Below, piece after piece: positions 1-8,928 of a DNA stretch of 64,000 bases (its first letter is position 1; each line of letters begins with the position of its first letter). This DNA is from an uncultured Nitrososphaerota archaeon. Its GTDB lineage: Archaea > Thermoproteota > Methanomethylicia > Culexarchaeales > Culexmicrobiaceae. Where the stretch lies: the NCBI GenBank assembly GCA_964462875.1, contig CAYWZQ010000001.1, forward strand, positions 132,910 through 196,909, written 5' to 3'. The notes below the pieces were generated by a model. The model ran no database searches and was not told where the DNA came from. It worked only from the letters and a program-made list of their open reading frames with translations. Made by a program: the position numbers and the translations under genes.

Positions 1-912
1 AAAGTCCTAAATGTAACATTTGAACCCTACGGTAAGGATCACGCAGCACCTGGAGGTAGTAGAGATAGTTGCGTAGCCATAGCAAGAGAGATTTTAGGAA
101 TTGAACCACCCATGGGAATGGCCTATGAATGGGTATATGTAGGAGGTAGAGCAATGTCTAGTTCAGGCGGAGTATCATTTGACTTCGATGAATGGCCTAA
201 AGTGGCAAAACCAGAAGTCCTCAAATACTGGTACTATGTATCTAAACCGCTAACCCATCTAGAGTTCAGCCCGCTAAAAATACCGCAGCTATCAGATGAG
301 TATGATAGAGCTGAAAGAGTATACTTTGGCATAGAAAAAGTTAGTGAACCGAAAATTGAGGCAAACATGAAGAGAAGCTACGAAATAGCAAATAATGAAG
401 AGCCACCAAAGGAAATGCCCATCCAAATACCATATAGATTCGCAGTGGTACTATCCCAAATAATACCCATGAAGGAAGGTTTTGGAGTAATAGCAGCCAA
501 AAAGCTCATTAAAACAGGTCATATAAGGGAAATGCCTGATCAGGAAGGAATAAAACAGATCGAAGCAATATTGAAGAGAGCTAGGTATTGGGCTGAAAAA
601 TATGCCCCGGAAAATATGAAAATTAAAATAATTGAAAAACTGCCAAGGAACATAGCGGAGAAATTAAGCAATGAAGAAAAAGAGTTTTTGAGATTACTTG
701 GGGAGAAAATTGAGGAAAAAGAATGGACTCCAGACGATTTGGAAGCTGAAATTTATCGATTAGCAAGAGAGGTCACTAAACTAGGCTCTAAAAAAGCATT
801 CAGAGCAGCATATAGAGTGCTACTTGGAAGAGATAGCGGCCCAAGACTCGCCCCATTCATACTTACATTAGATGAAAAATTCGTTGTAAAAAGGTTTAAG
901 GAGCTGGCTTAA
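1..912 (+). CDS. lysS: Class I lysyl-tRNA synthetase, 5'-truncated by the window edge
   Basis: Frame 1 is open from base 1 and reads FEPYGKDHAAPGGS, then AMSSSGG (KMSKS-like), then C-terminal YRVLLGRDSGPRLAPF of the anticodon-binding domain. Confidence 0.95.
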   Translation, partial: KVLNVTFEPYGKDHAAPGGSRDSCVAIAREILGIEPPMGMAYEWVYVGGRAMSSSGGVSFDFDEWPKVAKPEVLKYWYYVSKPLTHLEFSPLKIPQLSDEYDRAERVYFGIEKVSEPKIEANMKRSYEIANNEEPPKEMPIQIPYRFAVVLSQIIPMKEGFGVIAAKKLIKTGHIREMPDQEGIKQIEAILKRARYWAEKYAPENMKIKIIEKLPRNIAEKLSNEEKEFLRLLGEKIEEKEWTPDDLEAEIYRLAREVTKLGSKKAFRAAYRVLLGRDSGPRLAPFILTLDEKFVVKRFKELA

Positions 913-920
913 ACTAGTGT

Positions 921-1799
921 TTATCCCTTAAGCCTCTTCCTAACATCATCAATCATGCTCTTCATCAATAGCGCATCATCCTCAAGTAACGGTGACTCTG
1001 ATATTATAGTGAACTTATAATCGTTTTCAACAATTATCTCTGCCAGATAAGTGAAATCTGGGCCATGCTCCGAAGAGCTTAATGGATGATGAGCCACTTC
1101 ACCTCCACTTCCAAACTCAACTTTAGTAAAGTGACAGTGCAAGCTATTCACAACATTGCTTCCCAGCCTCCTCTCAATTTCATTTAAAATTTTGAGATAA
1201 TCGTCCTTCCCATTAATGGCACCCTGACCCCTAGCATGTATATGAGCCCAATCAATAGTTGGTAGAACCCTCTCCACTGATTCACATATCACTATTATTT
1301 CATCCAAACTCCCCAACTGCTTAACCTTACCAGTTGTCTCGGGGCTCAAGAAAACATTTTCAAGTAAGTTCTCAGACTTAGCCTCATCAACAACTTCATT
1401 TAACACGCTAATACATCTTTCAAGAGCCTCGGTTGGCTCCAATTTTCCATAGTATCCAGGATGGAAAACTACTAATTTAGCACCCATCCAATTAGCAGCC
1501 CTAATAGCATCAAGCAACCTCTTCTTACTTGAAGCAAGTGTTGACTCATCAGTTGAGCACAGGTTTATGTAGTAGGGTGCATGAATTGAAAGCTCTATAT
1601 CCAGTTCTCTAGCATTCTTACCTAATAACCTGGCCCTCTCCTCATTAATTCTAACTCCTCTAACTGCCTGATACTCATATGCATTTAAACCAATTTCAGA
1701 TAAAAATTTAGGGACATTCTCCTGCTTACCCTTAAACTTCACCGGTTTACCTGCCGGTCCAAATCTCAATTTATTAACCAAGCATGCCCCCAAAATCAA
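921..1799 (-). CDS. nfo: Endonuclease IV (AP endonuclease family 2, TIM barrel)
   Basis: Metal-ligand motifs SIHAPYYINL, VFHPG, PETTGK, IDWAH, HCHF and ISESP. Confidence 0.9.
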   Translation of the reverse strand: MILGACLVNKLRFGPAGKPVKFKGKQENVPKFLSEIGLNAYEYQAVRGVRINEERARLLGKNARELDIELSIHAPYYINLCSTDESTLASSKKRLLDAIRAANWMGAKLVVFHPGYYGKLEPTEALERCISVLNEVVDEAKSENLLENVFLSPETTGKVKQLGSLDEIIVICESVERVLPTIDWAHIHARGQGAINGKDDYLKILNEIERRLGSNVVNSLHCHFTKVEFGSGGEVAHHPLSSSEHGPDFTYLAEIIVENDYKFTIISESPLLEDDALLMKSMIDDVRKRLKG

Positions 1800-2491
1800 A
1801 GAGACTTAACTGGAAATTTAACCTTAACTACTACACCATTAACATCAGATAATACAGCAAAAACCATCAGCGGCTTAAAAGCGAGATCCCTACATAAAGC
1901 AGTTAAAGCAGATGAACCAAACCTAGCAATCTCCAGCCCAGATAGCTTAATCCAAGATGTATTCACAAGTGCAGACATCTCCATTAAGGTGAAGTTTACG
2001 GGTTCACCGTTAAGTAGACCCCTGAAAACCACAATCAAGGTTCGATTAAACCAACTCGCATTGACCACTTCAACTTTAAACTCGTATCTCATGCACTTAG
2101 ATAAATTGAAGTCAACACTACTAAACCTCGCAACCAGCACCGCGTAAGTGGATGAAACAGTATCATTCCAATTAAAGTACACTTCACCACTCCACTCAAA
2201 AGATACTCCCTGCCTCACCGCCAATAATGAACGCTCAATCACACCTTGAAATGCAATAAGCTTCCTATGAAAAATCGCTCGACAACCACTCCTAGAGGCC
2301 ATAGCCAAAACCTTTACAAATAACTTAGACAGGCAATTGCTGAGATTAATAGCCACTAATGCATTTGAAGAATCAACATCTTCAAAACTTAAGGGCTGGA
2401 CAGCAAGTACTCCAGCAATCAACATAACTGATATCAAGACTAGAGATGCCAGAGCAAAGAACTGGGCTCTATCTCTCAATTCTCCTTGCAA
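1796..2491 (-). CDS. Pilin-like exported protein with putative class III signal peptide
   Basis: N-terminal RDRA|QFFALASLVLISVMLIAGVLAV followed by a beta-rich soluble domain; lies near the prepilin peptidase gene. Confidence 0.6.
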   Translation of the reverse strand: MQGELRDRAQFFALASLVLISVMLIAGVLAVQPLSFEDVDSSNALVAINLSNCLSKLFVKVLAMASRSGCRAIFHRKLIAFQGVIERSLLAVRQGVSFEWSGEVYFNWNDTVSSTYAVLVARFSSVDFNLSKCMRYEFKVEVVNASWFNRTLIVVFRGLLNGEPVNFTLMEMSALVNTSWIKLSGLEIARFGSSALTALCRDLAFKPLMVFAVLSDVNGVVVKVKFPVKSL

Positions 2492-2870
2492 AAACTCTCA
2501 CCTCATATATTGATGAGTCCTCAGCTATAGTCAAATACGCCAATTCAATTTCAGGCCTACTGCAAGAACCTATGGAGAAAGCATGTCCATCCTCATCCAA
2601 AACCACAATCCTAACTTCATACTCTTCACCCAGAAGCAAGCATACAATACTATGTAATTCACTTAAGTCCAGCCTACTCAACAAATCACTTAAAATGCCC
2701 ATCTCATCTAACTCCATAATTGATGAGAGCAAAGCATACTTCAGCTCGTACTTCTCAATATCAAGCCCCTCCACTGTAATGCAATAAAACTTCAATGCCA
2801 AAACCACTGAGATCAGTACGAAAAATAATGATAGGAGCGATTCCAATACTTGAAGCTGACCTCTCTTCAA
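2469..2870 (-). CDS. Pilin-like protein with class III signal peptide
   Basis: MKRG|QLQVLESLLSLFFVLISVVLAL matches the archaeal KRG/Q prepilin pattern. Confidence 0.7.
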   Translation of the reverse strand: MKRGQLQVLESLLSLFFVLISVVLALKFYCITVEGLDIEKYELKYALLSSIMELDEMGILSDLLSRLDLSELHSIVCLLLGEEYEVRIVVLDEDGHAFSIGSCSRPEIELAYLTIAEDSSIYEVRVFARRIER

Positions 2871-3334
2871 AGCCTTCCATCAGCCTCCTCAACATAGACT
2901 CGAACAATATATGGTTCCCCATTCATCGAAACCAATCTAAACGTGCTGGCGGCATTATTCTCATCAACATCACCTAACTCAATGAGCCTATTACTCGGGT
3001 TAAAAAGCTCCTCAATCACAATTTTCACTCTATAATTCTCCGGTACATCAAGCATCTTTAATAGCCGTTTATAGCCCATCAATTTAAGCTCAAGTAGCTT
3101 GCTCATCGAAATCCGATAGAGATGAACTCTATGCACTAGCCCAACATTGATGCTCGATGAAAAGCTCATGTATGAGCATAGCTCCTCAATGATTCTAATT
3201 GCCAGATACTCTTCACGAGCTTTAGTTAATATTGAATTGGTATGAGAAAGCTGTAGAGAAATCGTGGATACTACCACCATTAAGGCCAAAAGCATTATTG
3301 AAAAAGCTGAGATAAAATCAAGCTCACTAGACAT
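2867..3334 (-). CDS. Pilin-like or membrane-anchored protein
   Basis: N-terminal SELDFISAFSIMLLALMVVV hydrophobic helix; its stop overlaps the next gene's start. Confidence 0.55.
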   Translation of the reverse strand: MSSELDFISAFSIMLLALMVVVSTISLQLSHTNSILTKAREEYLAIRIIEELCSYMSFSSSINVGLVHRVHLYRISMSKLLELKLMGYKRLLKMLDVPENYRVKIVIEELFNPSNRLIELGDVDENNAASTFRLVSMNGEPYIVRVYVEEADGRL

Positions 3335-3340
3335 ATACTC

Positions 3341-3784
3341 TCACCCACTGCTTAACCGGATAATTAAACCTGTATTGCACATTTTCATGAAAACCTTCAC
3401 CTCGCCAGTAGAGCTTAAGCATGAACCACTAGCCTCATCAACCGGTACTTGAATTACAATTGATGAAAGAATCGCGTAATTTAATCTGCTAACCTTAAGC
3501 ATTAGCATGCCGCTTTTAGTTGAAGAAATACTAATTACATAGGGTTCATTACCTGCCAAATGAGGTACTTTAACTATAAATGATACCGACTCTATGGACC
3601 CATCATGCAATAACATTGAATAAACCCTGCAAATTATTGATGAAAACCTAGCGCACAATAAATCGGCAACTCTATGAGCAGAAATTTCGTTCAATCCCCT
3701 ACCCAGTTCACGTAATGTTCCACTAATAACTAAGGTGGCAATAAGCGAAATAGCTAGTAAAACACTGTAAGCAACAACTTTAAT
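3341..3784 (-). CDS. Pilin-like protein; track ORF 3341..3694 probably extends to an ATT codon at 3784
   Basis: The frame is open upstream of 3694 and encodes IKVVAYSVLLAISLIATLVISG (TM helix); SD-like GGTGGGAG sits just before the ATT. Confidence 0.5.
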   Translation of the reverse strand: MKVVAYSVLLAISLIATLVISGTLRELGRGLNEISAHRVADLLCARFSSIICRVYSMLLHDGSIESVSFIVKVPHLAGNEPYVISISSTKSGMLMLKVSRLNYAILSSIVIQVPVDEASGSCLSSTGEVKVFMKMCNTGLIIRLSSG

Positions 3785-3832
3785 TCTACTCCCACCATAA
3801 GAGATGCCTAAGCACTATTTAAAGCCACGCCA

Positions 3833-4000
3833 CTATGAAATTGGGAACTCCTCACCACATCTTGGACACTTTACATAGCCACATGAACCAGTCACTGAAG
3901 ATGGACATCCTGCACAGGCAAAGGCTCTAGCATATGATAAGTCAAATGTAAATCCACACTTAGGACACGTAATCCTCTGCTTACTAAACCTGAACTTCAC
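3833..4000 (-). CDS. Small Cys-rich zinc-finger protein (55 aa), not in ORF track
   Basis: GTG start; MKFRFSKQRITCPKCGFTFDLSYARAFACAGCPSSVTGSCGYVKCPRCGEEFPIS has two CPxCG knuckles plus CxxC and one extra Cys. Confidence 0.8.
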   Translation of the reverse strand: MKFRFSKQRITCPKCGFTFDLSYARAFACAGCPSSVTGSCGYVKCPRCGEEFPIS

Positions 4001-4088
4001 GACTCACACCCCATGGCAGCCATTATAGTGCAACTCCAAACCACAAGTATGATAGTGGAGCAATGTAATTTATATCTTTCAGGGAACA

Positions 4089-4925
4089 GTGAAGAATGGA
4101 GGGATGACCATTAAATTTGAAGCCGAAAGCACACTACATATGATCAGAATAGCAACATCAATAACCTGCCTCGCATATGCCTCATGGAGTGACTGGAGAA
4201 CAAGAGAAGTTAGCGATTATGTGTGGATAGTAATGGTGCTTATAGGTGCTGCAATTCTATTTACTGAATGGATCTTCAAGCTCATACCTCCAGAAACATA
4301 CTACATGGTGGCAGCATCAATTGCATCATCATTTGCCATTGGATTTTCCCTCTTCTACCTAGATCTCTTTGGCGGAGCTGATGCAAAGGCAATTATGTCC
4401 CTAAGCATACTCTTTCCATTAAATGATAAAACACTGCTCCCCTACCTCAAATTAATGAATCCCATTCTCCCCATCTCAACATTCAATAATTCAGTATTGA
4501 TAGCATCGCTGACATCAATTGCAATATTAGTGAAAAATATCGCTGATATCATTAAGGGATGCAAGCTATTCGAAGATATTGAAGAAGAAAGTCCATTAAA
4601 GAAAATGCTAATACTCTTCTCAAGTTATAGAGTTCGAGCTGAAGACTTAAAGCACAAGAAGTTCATCTACCCTATCGAGGAAATATCGGTAGAAAGTGGG
4701 AAAATCAAAAGGAAAATTAGAGTTAGAGTTGGAGTATCAGGTGGAGAAGAAAGGCTCTCCCACCTAATTAAACTCGTTGACAGCGGAATTTTAAGAGGAT
4801 ATGTGTGGGTCACTCCAGGGCTACCCATGATGATATTCATGCTGGCCGGCCTAATCATCTCAATACTACTCGGAGACCTGATCATGGCACTAATGCTTGA
4901 AGTAAGAAAACTAACATCACCCTAA
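4089..4925 (+). CDS. pibD: Prepilin/preflagellin peptidase (A24, PibD/FlaK type)
   Basis: First catalytic Asp in SDWRTREVSD, GGADAKA (GxxD) motif, C-terminal WVTPGLPM, multiple TM helices. Confidence 0.9.
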   Translation: MKNGGMTIKFEAESTLHMIRIATSITCLAYASWSDWRTREVSDYVWIVMVLIGAAILFTEWIFKLIPPETYYMVAASIASSFAIGFSLFYLDLFGGADAKAIMSLSILFPLNDKTLLPYLKLMNPILPISTFNNSVLIASLTSIAILVKNIADIIKGCKLFEDIEEESPLKKMLILFSSYRVRAEDLKHKKFIYPIEEISVESGKIKRKIRVRVGVSGGEERLSHLIKLVDSGILRGYVWVTPGLPMMIFMLAGLIISILLGDLIMALMLEVRKLTSP

Positions 4926-5410
4926 CGAGAATTTCCAAAAACCATTACAACCGGATTGAGGCCGAGCATTTCATAAGAATCTCTCACGATTCCCATGACT
5001 TGATACGCAGTTAATTTCGGATAATAGTGGAGATGGCTTACACATCTACAATCAGTACAACCAAAACCCCTAATTGGAACTGCAAATGGACTTCTAGTCA
5101 ACAATTCAGCAATTCTGCACTCATACTTCAAATCAGTTCTCGCAGCTACTATACCAAAAACATGTGAATCCTTAATCGAAGTTAAATAGTCAATATGCCA
5201 CTTAACTCGCTTTTCAAAGCTTAAATGCCTCTTAACGCGGTAATATATGGCGTGCCTTGAAGGGCCCAATGCGGAGCCAGTATAGCTATAAATTCCATGA
5301 ATCAGATGCAATCTACCAAGACTACCAACATGCAAATATACTTCACGCTTCAATGAAATGATCAGCGTATATGTACCTTTACCCAGCTCCCTAAGCAAAT
5401 GCACCGACAT
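4922..5410 (-). CDS. DUF123 / GIY-YIG (Uri superfamily) nuclease-like protein
   Basis: KGTYTL, YSYTGSA, RVKRH, WHIDYL, GFGCTDCRCVSHL motifs. Confidence 0.8.
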   Translation of the reverse strand: MSVHLLRELGKGTYTLIISLKREVYLHVGSLGRLHLIHGIYSYTGSALGPSRHAIYYRVKRHLSFEKRVKWHIDYLTSIKDSHVFGIVAARTDLKYECRIAELLTRSPFAVPIRGFGCTDCRCVSHLHYYPKLTAYQVMGIVRDSYEMLGLNPVVMVFGNSR

Positions 5411-5450
5411 TCAGATAAAACTATAACTTGCAAAACAAAATATTTAGATT

Positions 5451-5507
5451 GGCTATGAGGAAGAACTCGGGTACTGAGCGCTAAGTGATGATAAAAGAAG
5501 CTGAGCC
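5451..5507 (+). ncRNA. Candidate C/D-box sRNA (first of a tandem pair)
   Basis: GGCT/AGCC terminal stem, C box ATGAGGA, D' CTGA, C' GTGATGA, D CTGA; AT-rich promoter-like sequence directly upstream. Confidence 0.7.
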
Positions 5508-5588
5508 AGCAGCGCAGCTATGATTAAGGGTCAAAGCACCGATAGAATTGTGAAATGAAGAAGCCGCTACGTCATGAGCTGCGCTGCT
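5508..5588 (+). ncRNA. Candidate C/D-box sRNA (second of a tandem pair)
   Basis: Perfect 12-bp terminal stem AGCAGCGCAGCT/AGCTGCGCTGCT; C ATGATTA, 12-nt guide, D' CCGA, C' ATGAAGA, 12-nt guide, D ATGA. Confidence 0.6.
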
Positions 5589-5802
5589 ACCTAACCTTCT
5601 CCTTCGGCCTCCGCCACAACAGCCTAGTGGGAGTGTTCTTAATGATCTCATAAACTTGATCCCACGTTAAACCATATTTCCTGGCAAGCTCATCCATTGA
5701 AATAGTGTAGTGAGCCCACTCATAGACTATCATGTGCTTAATATCATCAGATACAGCTTCAACACCACTTTTCTCCACGCTCTCACGCTTGCGCCTACTC
5801 AA
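5587..5802 (-). CDS. Small helix-turn-helix protein
   Basis: SMDELARKYGLTWDQVYEII HTH pattern; SD GGTGA upstream. Confidence 0.65.
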   Translation of the reverse strand: MSRRKRESVEKSGVEAVSDDIKHMIVYEWAHYTISMDELARKYGLTWDQVYEIIKNTPTRLLWRRPKEKVR

Positions 5803-5868
5803 AATATCACCGAAGCAGAATTCCAGAGAAACAGATAAATATTTTACTTAGGGTAAGCAGTCTAAGTT

Positions 5869-5997
5869 ATGACCATGAAGTGCCCCAAGTGTGGAGCTAA
5901 GTTGCCAAAGAAATATGAAAGAAAGGGAGGCAAAGTTAAGGTAATACGCTACTTACCATGCAGCAAGTGCGGCTTCACATTTAGTAGTGCTAAATAG
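5869..5997 (+). CDS. Small basic zinc-ribbon protein (42 aa), not in ORF track
   Basis: MTMKCPKCGAKLPKKYERKGGKVKVIRYLPCSKCGFTFSSAK contains CPxCG and CxxCG. Confidence 0.65.
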   Translation: MTMKCPKCGAKLPKKYERKGGKVKVIRYLPCSKCGFTFSSAK

Positions 5998-6271
5998 CCT
6001 TGCCAATAAGCTCGCCCACTGCAAATCCAGGCTTCACTAATACAATTTTTATCTTAACCCTATCACCAGGCCTAGTATTAGGCACAAAAATTACGTAGCC
6101 CCTTATCTTAGCTACACCATCACCTCTACGACTCAAACCCTCAATCACAACCGTCACCTCATCACCTATAGAAACTGGCTTAGGCTTAAAGTATGCAGGC
6201 TTAATTCTGCTTCCACCATGAAACCTCCTAGAAAAACTGCCACGCCTATCATTTGACTTGCCAGAGCTCAT
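5990..6271 (-). CDS. Single TRAM-domain RNA-binding protein
   Basis: PVSIGDEVTVVIEGLSRRGDGVAKIRGYVIFVPNTRPGDRVKIKI is a TRAM signature. Confidence 0.9.
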   Translation of the reverse strand: MSSGKSNDRRGSFSRRFHGGSRIKPAYFKPKPVSIGDEVTVVIEGLSRRGDGVAKIRGYVIFVPNTRPGDRVKIKIVLVKPGFAVGELIGKAI

Positions 6272-6394
6272 TAACCCATCTCCAAGTTATTTGATTTCAA
6301 ATACTATGCAGAGAGTATTTAAGGATTTCGAGGCGGCGAAAACTACACAATACTTAAATAATGCGGATGAATGGATAAACACGCCATTTGAGAG

Positions 6395-6712
6395 GTGCAG
6401 TCAATGGCAAAGCCAATATCAATAATAATGGTGATAGCAGACTGGGAAAAGGCAAGTAGCTATGTAAAGGAAGTTTGCCGTAAAGTAGCTGAGGAAGTAG
6501 GCATAGAGCTTGAGGAGAGAAAGGAAGATTATGACTTCCTATGCGAGCATGGAGTGAGAAATGAATATGGAGGCATAGACATACCCCAGGTATTCATAAA
6601 GTATGATAATGGGGAAATAAAGTACGTTATGTCAAGAGTTCCATTGACATCAGATGGAAAACCAGACCTAGAAGCTGCAGAGAAAATGCTAAGGGAAGCA
6701 TTAGGAGGATAA
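6395..6712 (+). CDS. Conserved hypothetical protein, thioredoxin/glutaredoxin-like fold
   Basis: GGIDIPQVFI cis-Pro-like segment; SD GAGGTG. Confidence 0.5.
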   Translation: MQSMAKPISIIMVIADWEKASSYVKEVCRKVAEEVGIELEERKEDYDFLCEHGVRNEYGGIDIPQVFIKYDNGEIKYVMSRVPLTSDGKPDLEAAEKMLREALGG

Positions 6713-6720
6713 AGAAGACC

Positions 6721-7140
6721 ATGAAGGAAAAAATAGCAGTAATAGCATCAGAAAATGGTAAGGCAAAAATCCTTGAAGAACACGAAGGCAATATAAGCGA
6801 AATAGTTAGACACATTGCGAGAAAAGCCCTTGAAATATGGGATAATGAAAAATCCGACTTCATAATTATAAGAGATAGGTATCCAGTTGAAATAAATCTA
6901 CCAATAACAAAGGATGAATATGAAGTCTATTCAAAGTACAATTTGAGGCGGACAAGCTCAAAAACAGCCCTATTCGAACTACCAGTCTACATAATATCCT
7001 ACGATAATGAGTGGAGAGAGGAAAACTACAAGGATTATAAAGTGCTAATCGTGGTGCCAAATGTTGGAGACAACATAATTAAGGAAATCATCAATTGGGC
7101 AGCAGAAATGACTCTGGAAAACGAAGAAGATAATATTTAA
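6721..7140 (+). CDS. Conserved archaeal protein (DUF2286-like)
   Basis: ALEIWDNEKSDFIIIRD and LPVYIISYDNEW pattern recalled for this family. Confidence 0.55.
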   Translation: MKEKIAVIASENGKAKILEEHEGNISEIVRHIARKALEIWDNEKSDFIIIRDRYPVEINLPITKDEYEVYSKYNLRRTSSKTALFELPVYIISYDNEWREENYKDYKVLIVVPNVGDNIIKEIINWAAEMTLENEEDNI

Positions 7141-7523
7141 CCAAAAATCCACCAGCGCCTCTTCTTTTTACCCATCTTCTTCTTCCTAGCCTCCTTAAGA
7201 GCACGCTCCTTTTGCTTTTCTATTTCAACTAATTCCTCAATTCTCCTAATCAACTGCTCAACAGCATCCCTATCATGAAATAGGGCGACAATTTCATCAA
7301 CCACTGGATGCTGAATATAGGCCTTAACGAAGGGTATCACGTACACAATAGACAGTTCAGCACCAACCCATGCAAGAGGCTTAATAGTCTCCAAAAACAT
7401 TATGGCAGGAGTCTCCAAGCCCCTCTTAACTATTTCAGTAGCTATTTTATCTATCAATTGCTTCTTACGTTCAGGAGATAGCTCAAGAGCTTCAGGTGAA
7501 AACATAATTCCACCATCTTTCAC
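7137..7523 (-). CDS. Hypothetical protein
   Basis: Intact ORF; KIATEIVKRGLETPAIMFLETIKPL looks like a conserved core; basic C-terminus. Confidence 0.6.
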   Translation of the reverse strand: MKDGGIMFSPEALELSPERKKQLIDKIATEIVKRGLETPAIMFLETIKPLAWVGAELSIVYVIPFVKAYIQHPVVDEIVALFHDRDAVEQLIRRIEELVEIEKQKERALKEARKKKMGKKKRRWWIFG

Positions 7524-7572
7524 TAAAATATGCTAGCATGAGACAATTAAATTTATTCCTCCAATCAGCAAC

Positions 7573-8466
7573 TTAGGTGAACGATAATAGGCTTTTCGCC
7601 TTAGTATCAATTTCACGTCTATACTTAGCTATCAACTCCGGATAGTTCTCGACAGTTTGCATATTCTCCTCCAAGCACTTCAAGTACAGCTCTCCCGCTT
7701 TAGAATGAAGATTGGATAATGCCTCGTGAAGACGCTTCCCTATCTCAACTGCACTACTACAAGTTGGCGAGCATGGTATGAAGCCGCTCACAAAATAAGC
7801 ATATATACTTGGGGAACCGCCAGTTAGCTTTAACTCTTTAATTTGCCTCGAAGCCCTCTCCTCAACATAAACATTAGAACTCCTATCCTCAGCATATCTA
7901 TTAACACAGCACTCCGGATAGCCCAGAACCTTTCCAAGCTCAGCAACATAGCTCTTGGATAGCTCCTCGGGGTAAACTAGCAATGAGGGTGGAAGAGTTA
8001 GAGGCCTCATTGCCAATATGGCCCTCCTAATTTCCCGCCTAACTTTAAAAAGCTCCTTTAACTTCTTATGAATGCTTGAATCCCTGAATAAAAACACTTC
8101 ATAAATGCTTGGTCTAACCTCCTCAACAACCAATTTCAATCCAAATAGCTTCGCCCACTCTTCATGTGCCTTAAAGATTTCAGACTTGAAAACATACTTT
8201 TTGAAGAGCTTCCTAATCTTATTCCTGAGCTTAACTATCATTTCACCTCTTAAACTCAAGTCCCTAGTACTCATGATAAGCAATAAATCCTTCTTGCACT
8301 CCTCATCAATCATTTTACCAATTTCACTTGCATTTGGAAGCTCAGCGGGAATAGTGAAAAATGAGCAAGGCCTAACTTCAAGGTACACCGATAAATAGTC
8401 TTCAAGCTTAACTTTAGTGAGCATTCTACGATCATTAATAAAGTCCTCTATTATACCCATCAGCAC
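7573..8466 (-). CDS. DUF483-like protein
   Basis: LGKVLGYPECCV and FIPCSPTC motifs. Confidence 0.6.
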   Translation of the reverse strand: MLMGIIEDFINDRRMLTKVKLEDYLSVYLEVRPCSFFTIPAELPNASEIGKMIDEECKKDLLLIMSTRDLSLRGEMIVKLRNKIRKLFKKYVFKSEIFKAHEEWAKLFGLKLVVEEVRPSIYEVFLFRDSSIHKKLKELFKVRREIRRAILAMRPLTLPPSLLVYPEELSKSYVAELGKVLGYPECCVNRYAEDRSSNVYVEERASRQIKELKLTGGSPSIYAYFVSGFIPCSPTCSSAVEIGKRLHEALSNLHSKAGELYLKCLEENMQTVENYPELIAKYRREIDTKAKSLLSFT

Positions 8467-8538
8467 ATCACCTTATCTCAGAGACCAAGTTAAATAAGCG
8501 ATAATTTCACTAATAAGGGTTGAGGAAGTAGATGAACC

Positions 8539-8916
8539 ATGAAGAAGCGGAGCAGAATGCCCTCATTTGAAGAGTACTTTGCAGGCTCCATGCTGGCCAA
8601 TGCACCTGGCTGGGCTACAATAGCACTAATGTCCTATCTATATGAAATAGCCCTAATAGGCGAGGAGCTAATTCAAATAGCACTCCTATTTAGCTATGGA
8701 ATTGGCGGCATAATTGGAGCATATCTCGTTGCCAATAAAGCCTATAGAGATAGATTTCGAGTTGGAATAGAAGTGGGCCTCGCAGCATTCATAATAAACA
8801 TGATATTTACAGCCATAGTATTGACATCAATTCCAACACTACACTCCCTTATAGGTTTAGTTGTTGGAGGAGCAATAGGCGGAGTAATATCCGCAAGAAA
8901 ACTTAAGGAACAATAG
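8539..8916 (+). CDS. Small membrane protein (about 4 TM, Gly-rich)
   Basis: Hydrophobic helices with GxxGxxxG patterns. Confidence 0.6.
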   Translation: MKKRSRMPSFEEYFAGSMLANAPGWATIALMSYLYEIALIGEELIQIALLFSYGIGGIIGAYLVANKAYRDRFRVGIEVGLAAFIINMIFTAIVLTSIPTLHSLIGLVVGGAIGGVISARKLKEQ

Positions 8917-8928
8917 CATAAGGAATCT

